NCBI GenBank assembly: GCA_964401695.1
Contig: CAYNZS010000003.1
Coordinates: 1-46,094 of the forward strand
Direction of reading: 5' to 3'
DNA from: an uncultured Nitrospirales bacterium
Lineage (GTDB): Bacteria; Hydrogenedentota; Hydrogenedentia; Hydrogenedentales; GCA-2746185
DNA: 46,094 nucleotides
In this document: piece by piece, positions 9,799 through 18,425 of the stretch
Layout of the letters: every line of letters begins with the position of its first letter
How positions within the stretch are numbered: the stretch's first letter is position 1
Notes under the pieces: model-generated
What the model saw: only the letters and a program-made list of their open reading frames with translations
What the model was told of the DNA's origin: nothing
Database searches by the model: none
Position numbers and translations under genes: made by a program

Positions 9799-11007
9799 TC
9801 ATCCGTTGCGGACCGAACCGAGGGCGCCCTGTTCGCGAAGGGCCTTGAGCTCCTCTTCGCTCAGGCTCAGGTCTTCGGTGAGGACCTCATCCGTGTGGCC
9901 GCCGAGGCGCGGTGCGGCCTTGAGCTTCACTTCGCCCGCCGACATGCGGATAGGCGCTCCCAACATCTTGACCGGACCGAGGGCCTCGTGTTCGATGGTC
10001 TGGACGAAGCCGCGTTCGTTGAGGTGGGGATCGTCGTAAACTTCAACCGTGTCGAGGACGGCGCTGGCGGGAACCCCTGCGTCGCCGAGTTTCTTCATGG
10101 CTTCGTGTTTGGTGCGCGCACGCGTCCACACGGAGATTTCCTCAACCAACTGGGATTGATTTTGGTGGCGGCCTAGCCGACCCGCGAAGCGGGGGTCTTC
10201 AAGAAGATCGGGGCGTTCGATGGCCTCGCACAGTGTTTCCCACATCCGATCGGTTACGGCCATGATGTAGACGTAGTCATTGTGGCCGAAGGGCTTGCAG
10301 GGGAACATATTCACGATGGGGCCCAGACTGTTGCCCATGCGCGGCGCGGGCCGGGCATTCCACGAGCCGCCCATGGCAATCGCGGTTCGCATATAGTAGG
10401 TCATGGCTTCCTGCATGGACAGCTCGACGCGCTGGCCGACGCCGGTCCGCTGTCTCTCGATATAGGCGGCCGCGATGCCCAGCGTAAGCTGTACGCCGGT
10501 GCCCGAATCGCCAATGGTGAATCCGGGCCGGACAGGGGGGCCGTCCGGTTCTCCCGTTACGGACACCGCTCCCGCCGCCGCCTGGGACACCATGTCGTAG
10601 CATTTGTAGTGGGAGTGGGGGCCGTAATGGCCAAACCCCTTGACGCTGGCGTAGATGATGCCGGGGTGTATCGCCCTCAAGGTTTCGTAGTCCAGCTTGA
10701 GCTTGTCGATGGCGCCCGGACCGTAGTTCTCGACGAAGACGTCGTAATGCGGAAGCATCTCGAGCAGCACCTCACGGCCTTCAGGACTCTTAAGATTGAT
10801 GGCCACGCTGCGCTTGTTGTTATTCCAATAGGCAAAGTACTCGGATCTGTCCGGATCGCCGGTCATGTTGTTGCGCCCAGGGTCGCCTCCATCGGGCCGC
10901 TCCACCTTGACGACATCCGCGCCGAGCCACGCCAAGGCCTGGGTGCACGAAGGCCCCGCTTCGTATTGGGTTACGTCTAGAATCCTCATCCCATCCAGAG
11001 CCGGCAT
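9799..11007 (-). CDS. class III CoA-transferase (CaiB/BaiF family)
   Basis: 402-aa ORF with the family-typical N-terminus MPALDGMRILDVTQYEAGPSCTQALAWLGADVVKVERP. AGGGAG lies 8 nt upstream of the ATG. Confidence 0.9.
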   Translation of the reverse strand: MPALDGMRILDVTQYEAGPSCTQALAWLGADVVKVERPDGGDPGRNNMTGDPDRSEYFAYWNNNKRSVAINLKSPEGREVLLEMLPHYDVFVENYGPGAIDKLKLDYETLRAIHPGIIYASVKGFGHYGPHSHYKCYDMVSQAAAGAVSVTGEPDGPPVRPGFTIGDSGTGVQLTLGIAAAYIERQRTGVGQRVELSMQEAMTYYMRTAIAMGGSWNARPAPRMGNSLGPIVNMFPCKPFGHNDYVYIMAVTDRMWETLCEAIERPDLLEDPRFAGRLGRHQNQSQLVEEISVWTRARTKHEAMKKLGDAGVPASAVLDTVEVYDDPHLNERGFVQTIEHEALGPVKMLGAPIRMSAGEVKLKAAPRLGGHTDEVLTEDLSLSEEELKALREQGALGSVRNG

Positions 11008-11175
11008 TTCCAGTACTCCCTTTCAGTTTCGACCGAACCGCGGCCCATCTGCCGCCCACACGAGTCCTTGACTGTTCTCGCGTTAGGCGCATCCGCTTCC
11101 AAGCCATCATACCTGTAGGTGGAGATTCATGGGAAGTTGAAGGCGTCTGCCTTGGTTGTTGCGATGCCGCGCTGG

Positions 11176-11190
11176 GAGATATCCGGGTTA
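11176..11190 (-). repeat. solo copy of the terminal motif of the 184-nt element (GAGATATCCGGGTTA)
   Basis: 14/15 identical to the right arm at 16484-16498. It overlaps the TAA stop of the kinase gene and lies about 170 nt upstream of the CoA-transferase start. Confidence 0.5.
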
Positions 11191-13025
11191 ACTGTCCAGC
11201 GTCTTCCGGATCTCTAGGCACAGTTCTTCGAGCCCGAAAGGCTTCTGGATGAACGCACTCGCACCCGCGTTGATAAGCGATTGGGCCGACTCGTCCAAGT
11301 CGTAGCCGCTGCACAAGATGACCTTCAACGCGGGGCGGGCTGAGCGAAGCAACGGGAAGGCCTCCGCGCCACCCATAACGGGCATCGCCATGTCGAGCAA
11401 CACAACGTCGATTTCCGCGCTGCGCTCCCGCGCGATGTCCACCGCCTCCCGGCCGTTGCTGGCGAGGAGAACCGTGTATCCACGATGTTCGAACACGGCC
11501 TGATTGATGGCGGCAACCATCGCCTCGTCTTCGACGATGAGGACTGTCTCGGTCCCTCGTTCCTCCTCCAGAGGAACCGGAATCGGCTCCTCGTTCGCTT
11601 CGGCCATGGTCGCGGGCAAATAGAGGTCGAAGCGTGTGCCTTTACCTAACTCGCTCTCGCCGTGGATTGCGCTGAGATGGTTCTTCGCGATGCCATAGAC
11701 CGCGGCCATGCCCAACCACCGGCCGCCATTCTTGGTCGAAAAGTACGGCTCGTACACGCGGTCGAGTGTCTCCGGACTCATGCCGTCGCCCGTATCTTCG
11801 ACCGTAAGACGGATGTAGTTCGCCACGTCCAGCCCAGGAGTACTGGCCGCCATAGCGTCGTCCACGACGACGTTTTCAGTGCGCACATGAATTTCGCCTC
11901 CGTCCGACGTGGCTTCAAAGGCGTTCAAAAGAATATTACAGATGGCCTCCGTGAGTTGTGAGGCATCCACCTCCGCGTTCCAGATTGAAGGCTTGAACTC
12001 GCGCGTCAATATCCGGGCGGACGGGTGGGCCCGTTTCAGTTGCTCTACGGCTTCGTCCGCCACCCGGCTCAGCGATATCACGCGGGGCCGGCACTTGTCG
12101 CCGCGCGCGAAAGCCAGGACCTGCTGTGCAAGTTTTCCCGCGTCCCGCGCGGCCGACTCGATTTCGTTCAGGCGTTCGATGGAGGCGTTGTCCGCGCCCC
12201 GCAGCATTCTTACCAGCGAGGCATTCCCTAGCACGCCCACCATCAGGTTGTTGAAATCGTGCGCGATGCCCTCCGGCCAGCGTCGCCACCGCCTCCATCC
12301 GCGCGGCGGCGCGCCGCGCCTTCTCGTCGCGCGAACGCTCGGTCGTCCCGGCGAGTTCGCACAAGATGAACTCTCAATTCCGCTGAGAAAATGCTGCCGT
12401 CCTTGCGCACACTCGCCGTCTCCAGAGCGGCATGGCCCTTTTTGCTCAATACCTCGACGACGGTTTGAAGTTCGCCACCGCGGTCGCCGGAGAGGAGGAT
12501 GTTCAGAGGGGCGCCCATTAACTCCTTCGCGTTGTATCCGTGCATCTTCGCGAAGGGCCGGCCGGCGTAATTGATAGTGTCGCTTTCGGCCCGCACGACC
12601 GCGAGGCCCTACGGCGCGTCTTCGCTTTGGCTTATCCATTGGGCAAAAGACGCGGACGGCGTGGTCAATTCCTCCGAACCTGTCGCGATGAATCCCAGTG
12701 GTTCGCCATCGCCATCCCGCAACGGCGAGATACGGACCGTGCAGGGAACGCGCTCGCCGTCCGGACGAAGGAAATCGAATGGGAGGGGACTTGGACTCGT
12801 CTCGATAGCGGGATCGCACACCTCCTCGAATTCGTCTGTCGATTCCGGCGGTAAGAACTGGTCCATGCTCCGCCCGAGAATGTCTTCTCCCAGGCGATCC
12901 AGCGATCGTGCGAACGCGGAATCTACTTGAACGACGCAGTGGCCGCGGTCCTCGATCCACAAGGTCCGTTCCACGTTCGCGGCCGAATCCGGCGGCCGGC
13001 GCCGGCTATGTTCGGGTTCATTCAC
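11188..13025 (-). pseudogene. disrupted hybrid sensor histidine kinase (PAS-PAS-HisKA-HATPase-REC)
   Basis: The domains are spread over three reading frames:
- PAS1 is in ORF 12609-13160.
- An in-frame TAG sits at 12609-12611.
- PAS2 is in ORF 12243-12596 (INYAGRPFAKMHGYNAKELMG).
- The linker ERSRDEKARRAAARMEAVATLAGG is in the frame of ORF 11936-12364.
- The H-box IAHDFNNLM, the HATPase domain and the receiver (VLIVEDE...DVVLLDMAMP...K) are in the frame of ORF 11188-12960.

The canonical LAGG-IAHDFNN junction is broken by one extra G in the run at 12269-12271. Confidence 0.75.
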
Positions 13026-13144
13026 AATACGTACTTCCCGTCTCTGACAAAACCTTGCCAGAAAGAATGCCCACTGGCGAGCCGCGGAACAACCAGAAAC
13101 GGCAACTCGAATGCGCACAGGTATATATGTTATGCCAGATAAAA

Positions 13145-13158
13145 CCCGATATCTCGCC
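13145..13158 (+). repeat. degenerate copy of the terminal motif (CCCGATATCTCGCC)
   Basis: Matches CCCGGATATCTCACC with one deletion and one mismatch. It lies in the AT-rich gap between the kinase and the ABC ATPase gene. Confidence 0.3.
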
Positions 13159-13448
13159 AATTTTGATGAATAATTTCAAGATTAAACAGAACACGCCTCA
13201 AATATGGTACAGAAAACAATTAAGGCTGTGCTTATAGGGATGTCCAGATCTCTGGCGGACCGGAAGAGGGTCGAGTCTGCCGACATTCGCCGGACTTCCG
13301 GATTCGAGCGACGGCCATCCACGCAGGTCGGATTGCAAAGCGGCAGCGATCAAGGGGATACTTCGTCCCGCCGCTTGCCGCCGCCAATGCGCCGCGGTCG
13401 GTCTGAGTCAACACGCGGAACGCATTCACGCGCCAACGGCAAGGGTCC

Positions 13449-14195
13449 ATGGTTCAAGCGGAACATCTGAAGAAGACGTATCACGGTCCGCGGGGAAAAA
13501 TTGTGGAGGCCGTGCGCGACGCCACGTTCGAAATTGGCGAAGGAGAGACCTTCGGACTGCTCGGCCCAAATGGCGCGGGAAAGACCACGCTCCTCCGCAT
13601 GTTAGGCACGATCATCGCCCCCACGTCCGGCTCGTGCTGGATCGCCGGCGCAGACGCGGCAGAAGATCCCGATGCCGTCCGCCGCAATATCGGATTTCTT
13701 TCGGGCAACACGAAGCTGTACGGGCGCCTGACCGTACGAGAAATGCTGCGCTACTTTGGACGCCTCTACGACATGGACGACGCCGCAATCGCTTTGCGCG
13801 CCGAAGAGCTATCGAGCCTGCTTGGCATGGCTGATTTCTTCGACCAACGCTGCGAAACGCTTTCGACCGGGCAGACGCAGCGGGCTTCCGTCGCTCGCGT
13901 AATTCTTCACGACCCGGCCATCCTTATCCTTGACGAGCCCACCCTTGGCCTGGATATCATGTCGAGCCGCACAATTCTCGACTTCATTTCCGACGCCCGC
14001 GCTCGCGGGCACAGCGTCATTTTTTCGACACATTATATGACCGAAGCGGAGCGCCTATGCGACCGAATCGCGCTGATCCACGATGGCTCGATTCTCGCCT
14101 TGGGCACGAAGGAAGACCTCTACGGCCAGACCGGTAAGGATAACCTTCAGGACGCGTTTCTGGCGCTCGTTCATGGCGAAGAGGCGCCGGCCTGA
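13449..14195 (+). CDS. ABC transporter ATP-binding protein (ABC-2/NatA-like)
   Basis: Contains Walker A (GLLGPNGAGKTT), the ABC signature (LSTGQTQR) and Walker B (ILILDEP). Its stop overlaps the start of the permease gene (TGATG). Confidence 0.9.
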   Translation: MVQAEHLKKTYHGPRGKIVEAVRDATFEIGEGETFGLLGPNGAGKTTLLRMLGTIIAPTSGSCWIAGADAAEDPDAVRRNIGFLSGNTKLYGRLTVREMLRYFGRLYDMDDAAIALRAEELSSLLGMADFFDQRCETLSTGQTQRASVARVILHDPAILILDEPTLGLDIMSSRTILDFISDARARGHSVIFSTHYMTEAERLCDRIALIHDGSILALGTKEDLYGQTGKDNLQDAFLALVHGEEAPA

Positions 14196-16246
14196 TGCGT
14201 TTCACCATCGTCAAGACCATTTTCTTCAAGGAAATGCTCGACACCCTCCGCGACAAACGCACTCTGATCGCCATGGTGGGCGTACCCATCGTCCTGTACC
14301 CCGCGCTATTTATTCTGATTGCCCAAGTGGCTCTCGTGCAGATCTCGAAGATCAAGGAGACGCCTTCGAAAGTCGCGCTCGTCACGGAAGAAATGGAATA
14401 CATGTCAGAACGGATTCAGGAGATTCCCCTGGTCGAATTGCAGGCCGGGGAAGACCCCGAAGCCCGGCTGCTTGAAGGGGAATTGGATGCTATCGTCGTG
14501 GTCGAGGGCCCCATCGAGGAACCCCTGGCGTCGGGAAATACCGTTGATGTCGAGATTCGGTTCGATTCGACGGCGCCCGCGTCGAAGGAGGCGGCCGACC
14601 GGCTCGAAGTGGCCCTTCGCGAGCGCGGCCAGAACCTCCTCGCAGAACGGCTCGACGCCCAGGGCCTGCCCGAATCGTTCGCGACGCCGCTGGCCGTCGA
14701 GCGCGTCAACGCCGCGCCGCCCGCGAAGACGGCAGGCTCCCTGCTCGGCTCCATATTGCCCCTCCTTATGGTCGTCATGCTGGGCGTGGGCGCATTCTAT
14801 CCGGCGGTCGATTTGACGGCGGGCGAAAAGGAACGCGGCACCTTCGAGACCCTTCTATCGACGCCCATCTCGAAAATGGAAATTGTCTGCGGAAAGTTCC
14901 TGACGGTATTTTCGCTGTCCATGTTTACCGGCTTCCTCAACTTGGCGAGCATGATGGCGACGTTGCTCTTTCAACTCTCGCAGATCGCGCCCGGCGGACA
15001 GGGCCCTTTGGACGCCAACCTCCTCCAAGTCCCACCACAGAGCGCCGGGGCTATCGTCATCGTTCTCGTTCCTTTGTCCTTCTTCATCTCCGCCGTGATG
15101 ATGACCGTCGCGCTGTTGGCACGCAGCTTTAAGGAGGCGCAAAATTACGTCACCCCCTTCTTCGTGGCAATTACCGTGCCCGCCGCCGTCGTAGCTATTC
15201 CGGGCATCGATCTTTCCGAGGCCGTCCGGCTCATCCCCATCGCGAACGCTTCCTTGCTCTTCCGCGATTTGATGATGGGAACCGTTGCTATCGACACCAT
15301 ATTCGTCGTGTTTACCGCGACCAGCATCTACGCGCTTCTAGCGTTGGTAGTCGCCTCCTGGATGTTCCAGCGCGAGGAAGTCATTCTCTCCGAGGAAAAA
15401 GGAATTCCCCTGACCCTCCGCCGCTCTTCCTTTCAACCCCGCGAGTTACCCACCACCGGCCTATCGCTCAGCCTCTTCGGCCTAATCATGCTGCTCCTCT
15501 TTTACGCGGGAAGCTACGTCCAAGCGCGCGATGTCGCATCGGGCCTTGTCATCACCCAATACCTCCTCATCGCGGCGCCCATTCTTCTCATCCTGTGGTT
15601 CGCGCGCGTCAATCTCGCCCGCACGCTACAACTCACGCGCCCGCCGTGGCTCTCGTTGCTCGGAGTCGCCGTCATGATGCCGGCCTGGGCCGTACTCGCC
15701 GCGCAAATGGGCATCTGGCAAGAAATGGCCATGCCCGCTCCCGAAAGTTATCTCACCGAGATGGAACGAATCTTCACAGACATGGGTGAAGCGCAAGGAT
15801 CTTTGACATTGCTATTTATTCTCGCCGTATCGCCGGGGATTTGCGAAGAGCTAGCCTTCCGCGGGGCTATCCTCTCCGGGCTGCGCGGCAAACTGCCTCC
15901 CTGGGCTTTAATCATCGTAGTCGGTGCGCTCTTCGGCCTGTTCCACTTGAGCGTCTACCGGTTCTTCCCCCAGGCGATGAGCGGATTCCTGCTCACCTAC
16001 CTTGCGTTACGAACGCGCTCTATCTTCCCGGCGGTCCTGGCGCACATATCGCTCAACGGCATCCTCATCCAAATCGAGCGCGTCCCCAAGCCCATCATGG
16101 AAACACTCGCCGCGCCCACCTTCGAGCAAGACGGTTTCCGAATGGCCACAGTCCTGGCCGCGGCAGTCGTCCTGGCCGCGGGAATCGCGACCGTCGAGTG
16201 GAACGCGGGACGGCAGCCATTCTCCGCTCCGGCTCAACTCTCCTGA
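14195..16246 (+). CDS. ABC-2 (NatB-like) permease fused to a C-terminal CPBP/CAAX-type intramembrane protease domain
   Basis: 683-aa ORF. The N-terminal about 400 aa have one TM helix, a large extracytoplasmic loop and about 5 further TM helices, as in ABC-2 permeases. The C-terminal about 250 aa carry all three CPBP motifs: EELAFR (about 15845), FGLFH and HISLN. Confidence 0.8.
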   Translation: MRFTIVKTIFFKEMLDTLRDKRTLIAMVGVPIVLYPALFILIAQVALVQISKIKETPSKVALVTEEMEYMSERIQEIPLVELQAGEDPEARLLEGELDAIVVVEGPIEEPLASGNTVDVEIRFDSTAPASKEAADRLEVALRERGQNLLAERLDAQGLPESFATPLAVERVNAAPPAKTAGSLLGSILPLLMVVMLGVGAFYPAVDLTAGEKERGTFETLLSTPISKMEIVCGKFLTVFSLSMFTGFLNLASMMATLLFQLSQIAPGGQGPLDANLLQVPPQSAGAIVIVLVPLSFFISAVMMTVALLARSFKEAQNYVTPFFVAITVPAAVVAIPGIDLSEAVRLIPIANASLLFRDLMMGTVAIDTIFVVFTATSIYALLALVVASWMFQREEVILSEEKGIPLTLRRSSFQPRELPTTGLSLSLFGLIMLLLFYAGSYVQARDVASGLVITQYLLIAAPILLILWFARVNLARTLQLTRPPWLSLLGVAVMMPAWAVLAAQMGIWQEMAMPAPESYLTEMERIFTDMGEAQGSLTLLFILAVSPGICEELAFRGAILSGLRGKLPPWALIIVVGALFGLFHLSVYRFFPQAMSGFLLTYLALRTRSIFPAVLAHISLNGILIQIERVPKPIMETLAAPTFEQDGFRMATVLAAAVVLAAGIATVEWNAGRQPFSAPAQLS

Positions 16247-16314
16247 GGGTGAATGAATTGGTCGCTCGATATGTGCCGCTGTATTCACTTCGCAGTATCG
16301 TTTATACTCGCTAG

Positions 16315-16498
16315 CTAGCCCGGATATCTCACCGGTTTTCGTAGCGAGACGGTGGAGAAGGTTGCTATGTCGAGACTTGTTCGAAACCTTTCGGACGACA
16401 GCGTGGCGGGTCACGTCGAAGTCGAAAGGCGAGAAAAGTCTCGTCAGAGTGGCCTTATCCGCCGTCGCAGTAGAAAAGCAATGAGATATCCGGGCTAG
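16315..16498 (+). mobile_element. 184-nt element with perfect 17-bp terminal inverted repeats (MITE-like, or a structured RNA)
   Basis: CTAGCCCGGATATCTCA (16315-16331) is the exact reverse complement of TGAGATATCCGGGCTAG (16482-16498). Nested complementary segments are 16330-16334/16350-16354, 16371-16378/16436-16443, and hairpin 16379-16396. There is no credible ORF. Related copies are at 9509-9644, with solo termini elsewhere. Confidence 0.55.
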
Positions 16499-16524
16499 TC
16501 GATCAGTTGTTTGGGAGTGCGAAC

Positions 16525-18327
16525 ATGCCGAAGACGAAATCAATTCCCGCGCGCAGCGGGGTCAAGAAAGCCGATACCTGGGAATTGGAGAAGCTGTTTA
16601 AGAGCGATGCCGCTTGGGGACGGGCGTTCGCGAAATTGGAAGGGCAGATCCAAGGTTTCGAGGCTTTTCGCGGAAAACTGGGTAAATCGGCGAAGGCCCT
16701 TCGCGCTTACTGCGATTTCGACGTGGAATTCGAAAAGGAGGCGGAGAAGCTGGGATCCTACGCTTTCCTGCGCGCGTCGGAGGATGTGGCCAACGACACC
16801 TACCAGGGGATGATGGGGCGTTACACCTTTATGGCCACGCGAGCCGGCGAAACGGCGAGTTTTATCGCGCCGGAGATTCAGGCCATCCCGAAAAAGACGA
16901 TGGACCGATTCCTCAAGTCCGCGGCGCTCAAGGAGCACCGCTATCATCTGGAAAAGCTGATTCGCTTCAAGCCGCACATCCTCGGAAAGAAGGAGGAGCG
17001 CCTGCTCGCCATGCAGGGCGAAGTGGCGGGAACGGCCAGCAAGATCTTTGGGCAGCTCACGGACGCGGATTTCAAGTTCGGCTCGGTGACAGATGAGAGT
17101 GGAAAGAAAGTCGAGCTTACGCAGAGCTCCTTTCGCGTCCTGCTCGAATCGCCCAAGCGGGCCGTCCGCAAACAGGCTTTCGACAAGTTTTACAAGGTCC
17201 ATGAAGAACATGCGAACACACTCGCCGCGGCGCTGAGTTCATCGGTGCTCCAGAATATTTATCACGCGCGGGTGCGCAACCACCCTTCGGCCCTCGAGGG
17301 CGCGTTGTTCGGCGACAAGATTCCCGTACCCGTGTACGATAACCTCATCGCGGCGGTGCGCAACAATACGGATACGATGCACCGGTACTTGGAGCTGCGG
17401 CGCAAGGCGCTCAAGCTCAAGGAGCTCCACTCGTACGACACCTACGTACCCATCGTAGACGCCAAACGCTCGCAGATTCCATATGCCAAGGCGGCGGATC
17501 TCGTCTGCGAAGCGCTCGCGCCGCTGGGCGATGCCTATGGCAAGACCCTGCGCAGGGGCCTCCACGGCCGCTGGGTGGACCGCTACGAAAACAAGGGGAA
17601 GCGAAGCGGCGCCTTTTCGGCGGGCGGCTACACGGGTCCGCCGTACATCCTGATGAATTACAAGGAGGACGTGCTCGACAGCGCGTTCACGCTCGCGCAT
17701 GAAGCGGGCCACTCGATGCACACCTACTTCAGCGCCAAGAACCAGTCGTTTCAGTGTTACCAATACACGATCTTCGTCGCCGAGGTGGCTTCGACTTTCA
17801 ACGAGCAACTTCTGAACGAGCATCTGATGAGCCAGGCGAAGGACAAGACGCGCCGGGCCGTACTGATTAACCGCGAACTGGAAGAAATTCGGGGAACAAT
17901 CATCCGGCAGACCATGTTCGCGGAGTACGAAAAACAGATCCACGCCATCGCCGAGGCTGGCGAGCCGCTTACCCTGGAACGTCTCCGCAACGAATACCGG
18001 AGCCTCCTGAAATTCTACTTTGGGCTGGATTTTATTATCGACGATCCGCTTACCCTTGAGGGACTCCGCATACCCCATTTCTACCGCGCCTTCTACGTGT
18101 ACAAATACGCCACGGGCTTGTCGGCAGCGACGGCGCTCGCGCGCGGCGTGTTGGACGGAGGCAAGAAGGATCGGGACCGCTACCTGACGTTCCTCAAGAG
18201 CGGCGGGTCGAAGTTTCCCTTGGAGCTTCTCCGCGACGCAGGCGTCGACTTGGAGAAATCGGGACCTGTCGAAAGCGCGATGGTCCACTTCAAATATCTT
18301 GTCGAAGAGCTCGAAGGGCTCCTTTGA
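16525..18327 (+). CDS. pepF: oligoendopeptidase F (M3B metallopeptidase)
   Basis: About 600 aa with the HEAGHSMH zinc motif (HExxH) and PepF-like overall layout. The ATG at 16525 is preceded by GGGAG (16513-16517) at 7-nt spacing. Confidence 0.9.
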   Translation: MPKTKSIPARSGVKKADTWELEKLFKSDAAWGRAFAKLEGQIQGFEAFRGKLGKSAKALRAYCDFDVEFEKEAEKLGSYAFLRASEDVANDTYQGMMGRYTFMATRAGETASFIAPEIQAIPKKTMDRFLKSAALKEHRYHLEKLIRFKPHILGKKEERLLAMQGEVAGTASKIFGQLTDADFKFGSVTDESGKKVELTQSSFRVLLESPKRAVRKQAFDKFYKVHEEHANTLAAALSSSVLQNIYHARVRNHPSALEGALFGDKIPVPVYDNLIAAVRNNTDTMHRYLELRRKALKLKELHSYDTYVPIVDAKRSQIPYAKAADLVCEALAPLGDAYGKTLRRGLHGRWVDRYENKGKRSGAFSAGGYTGPPYILMNYKEDVLDSAFTLAHEAGHSMHTYFSAKNQSFQCYQYTIFVAEVASTFNEQLLNEHLMSQAKDKTRRAVLINRELEEIRGTIIRQTMFAEYEKQIHAIAEAGEPLTLERLRNEYRSLLKFYFGLDFIIDDPLTLEGLRIPHFYRAFYVYKYATGLSAATALARGVLDGGKKDRDRYLTFLKSGGSKFPLELLRDAGVDLEKSGPVESAMVHFKYLVEELEGLL

Positions 18328-18425
18328 CGCCCGAGCCCGCGAACATGCTCCACGCTCCCAAGATTCCACCGGCAATCCACGACGCTTCAAACAAAGAGAC
18401 TGGGCTGAGTCTTCGCGTGGGCGGG

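Noticed and set aside
9404-10039. Reading the conserved 184-nt repeat as a small protein gene. Copy 2 has a GGAG-spaced ATG at 16367 giving 44 aa, and copy 1 is embedded in the 211-aa ORF.
   Set aside because: Conservation between the copies starts upstream of any start codon and stops at ...ERRE, after which the two products are unrelated. Substitutions look equally synonymous in the opposite-strand frame. Copy 1's ORF simply runs antisense into the CoA-transferase gene.
12609-12611. Stop-codon reassignment or systematic read-through, as an explanation for the in-frame TAG here and the TAA at 44440-44442.
   Set aside because: TAG, TAA and TGA all terminate well-conserved genes at the expected ends in this window (TAG for both radical-SAM genes, DUF502 and lpxA; TAA for the acyl-CoA ligase; TGA for lpxB). 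The kinase also carries frameshifts.
11936-12960. N-terminal 370 codons of the 590-aa ORF-track model (11188-12960), taken as a real protein.
   Set aside because: This part is Arg/Trp/Pro-rich alternative-frame translation. The genuine PAS domains and the coiled-coil linker are read in the other two frames, so the locus is a disrupted kinase, not a 590-aa protein.
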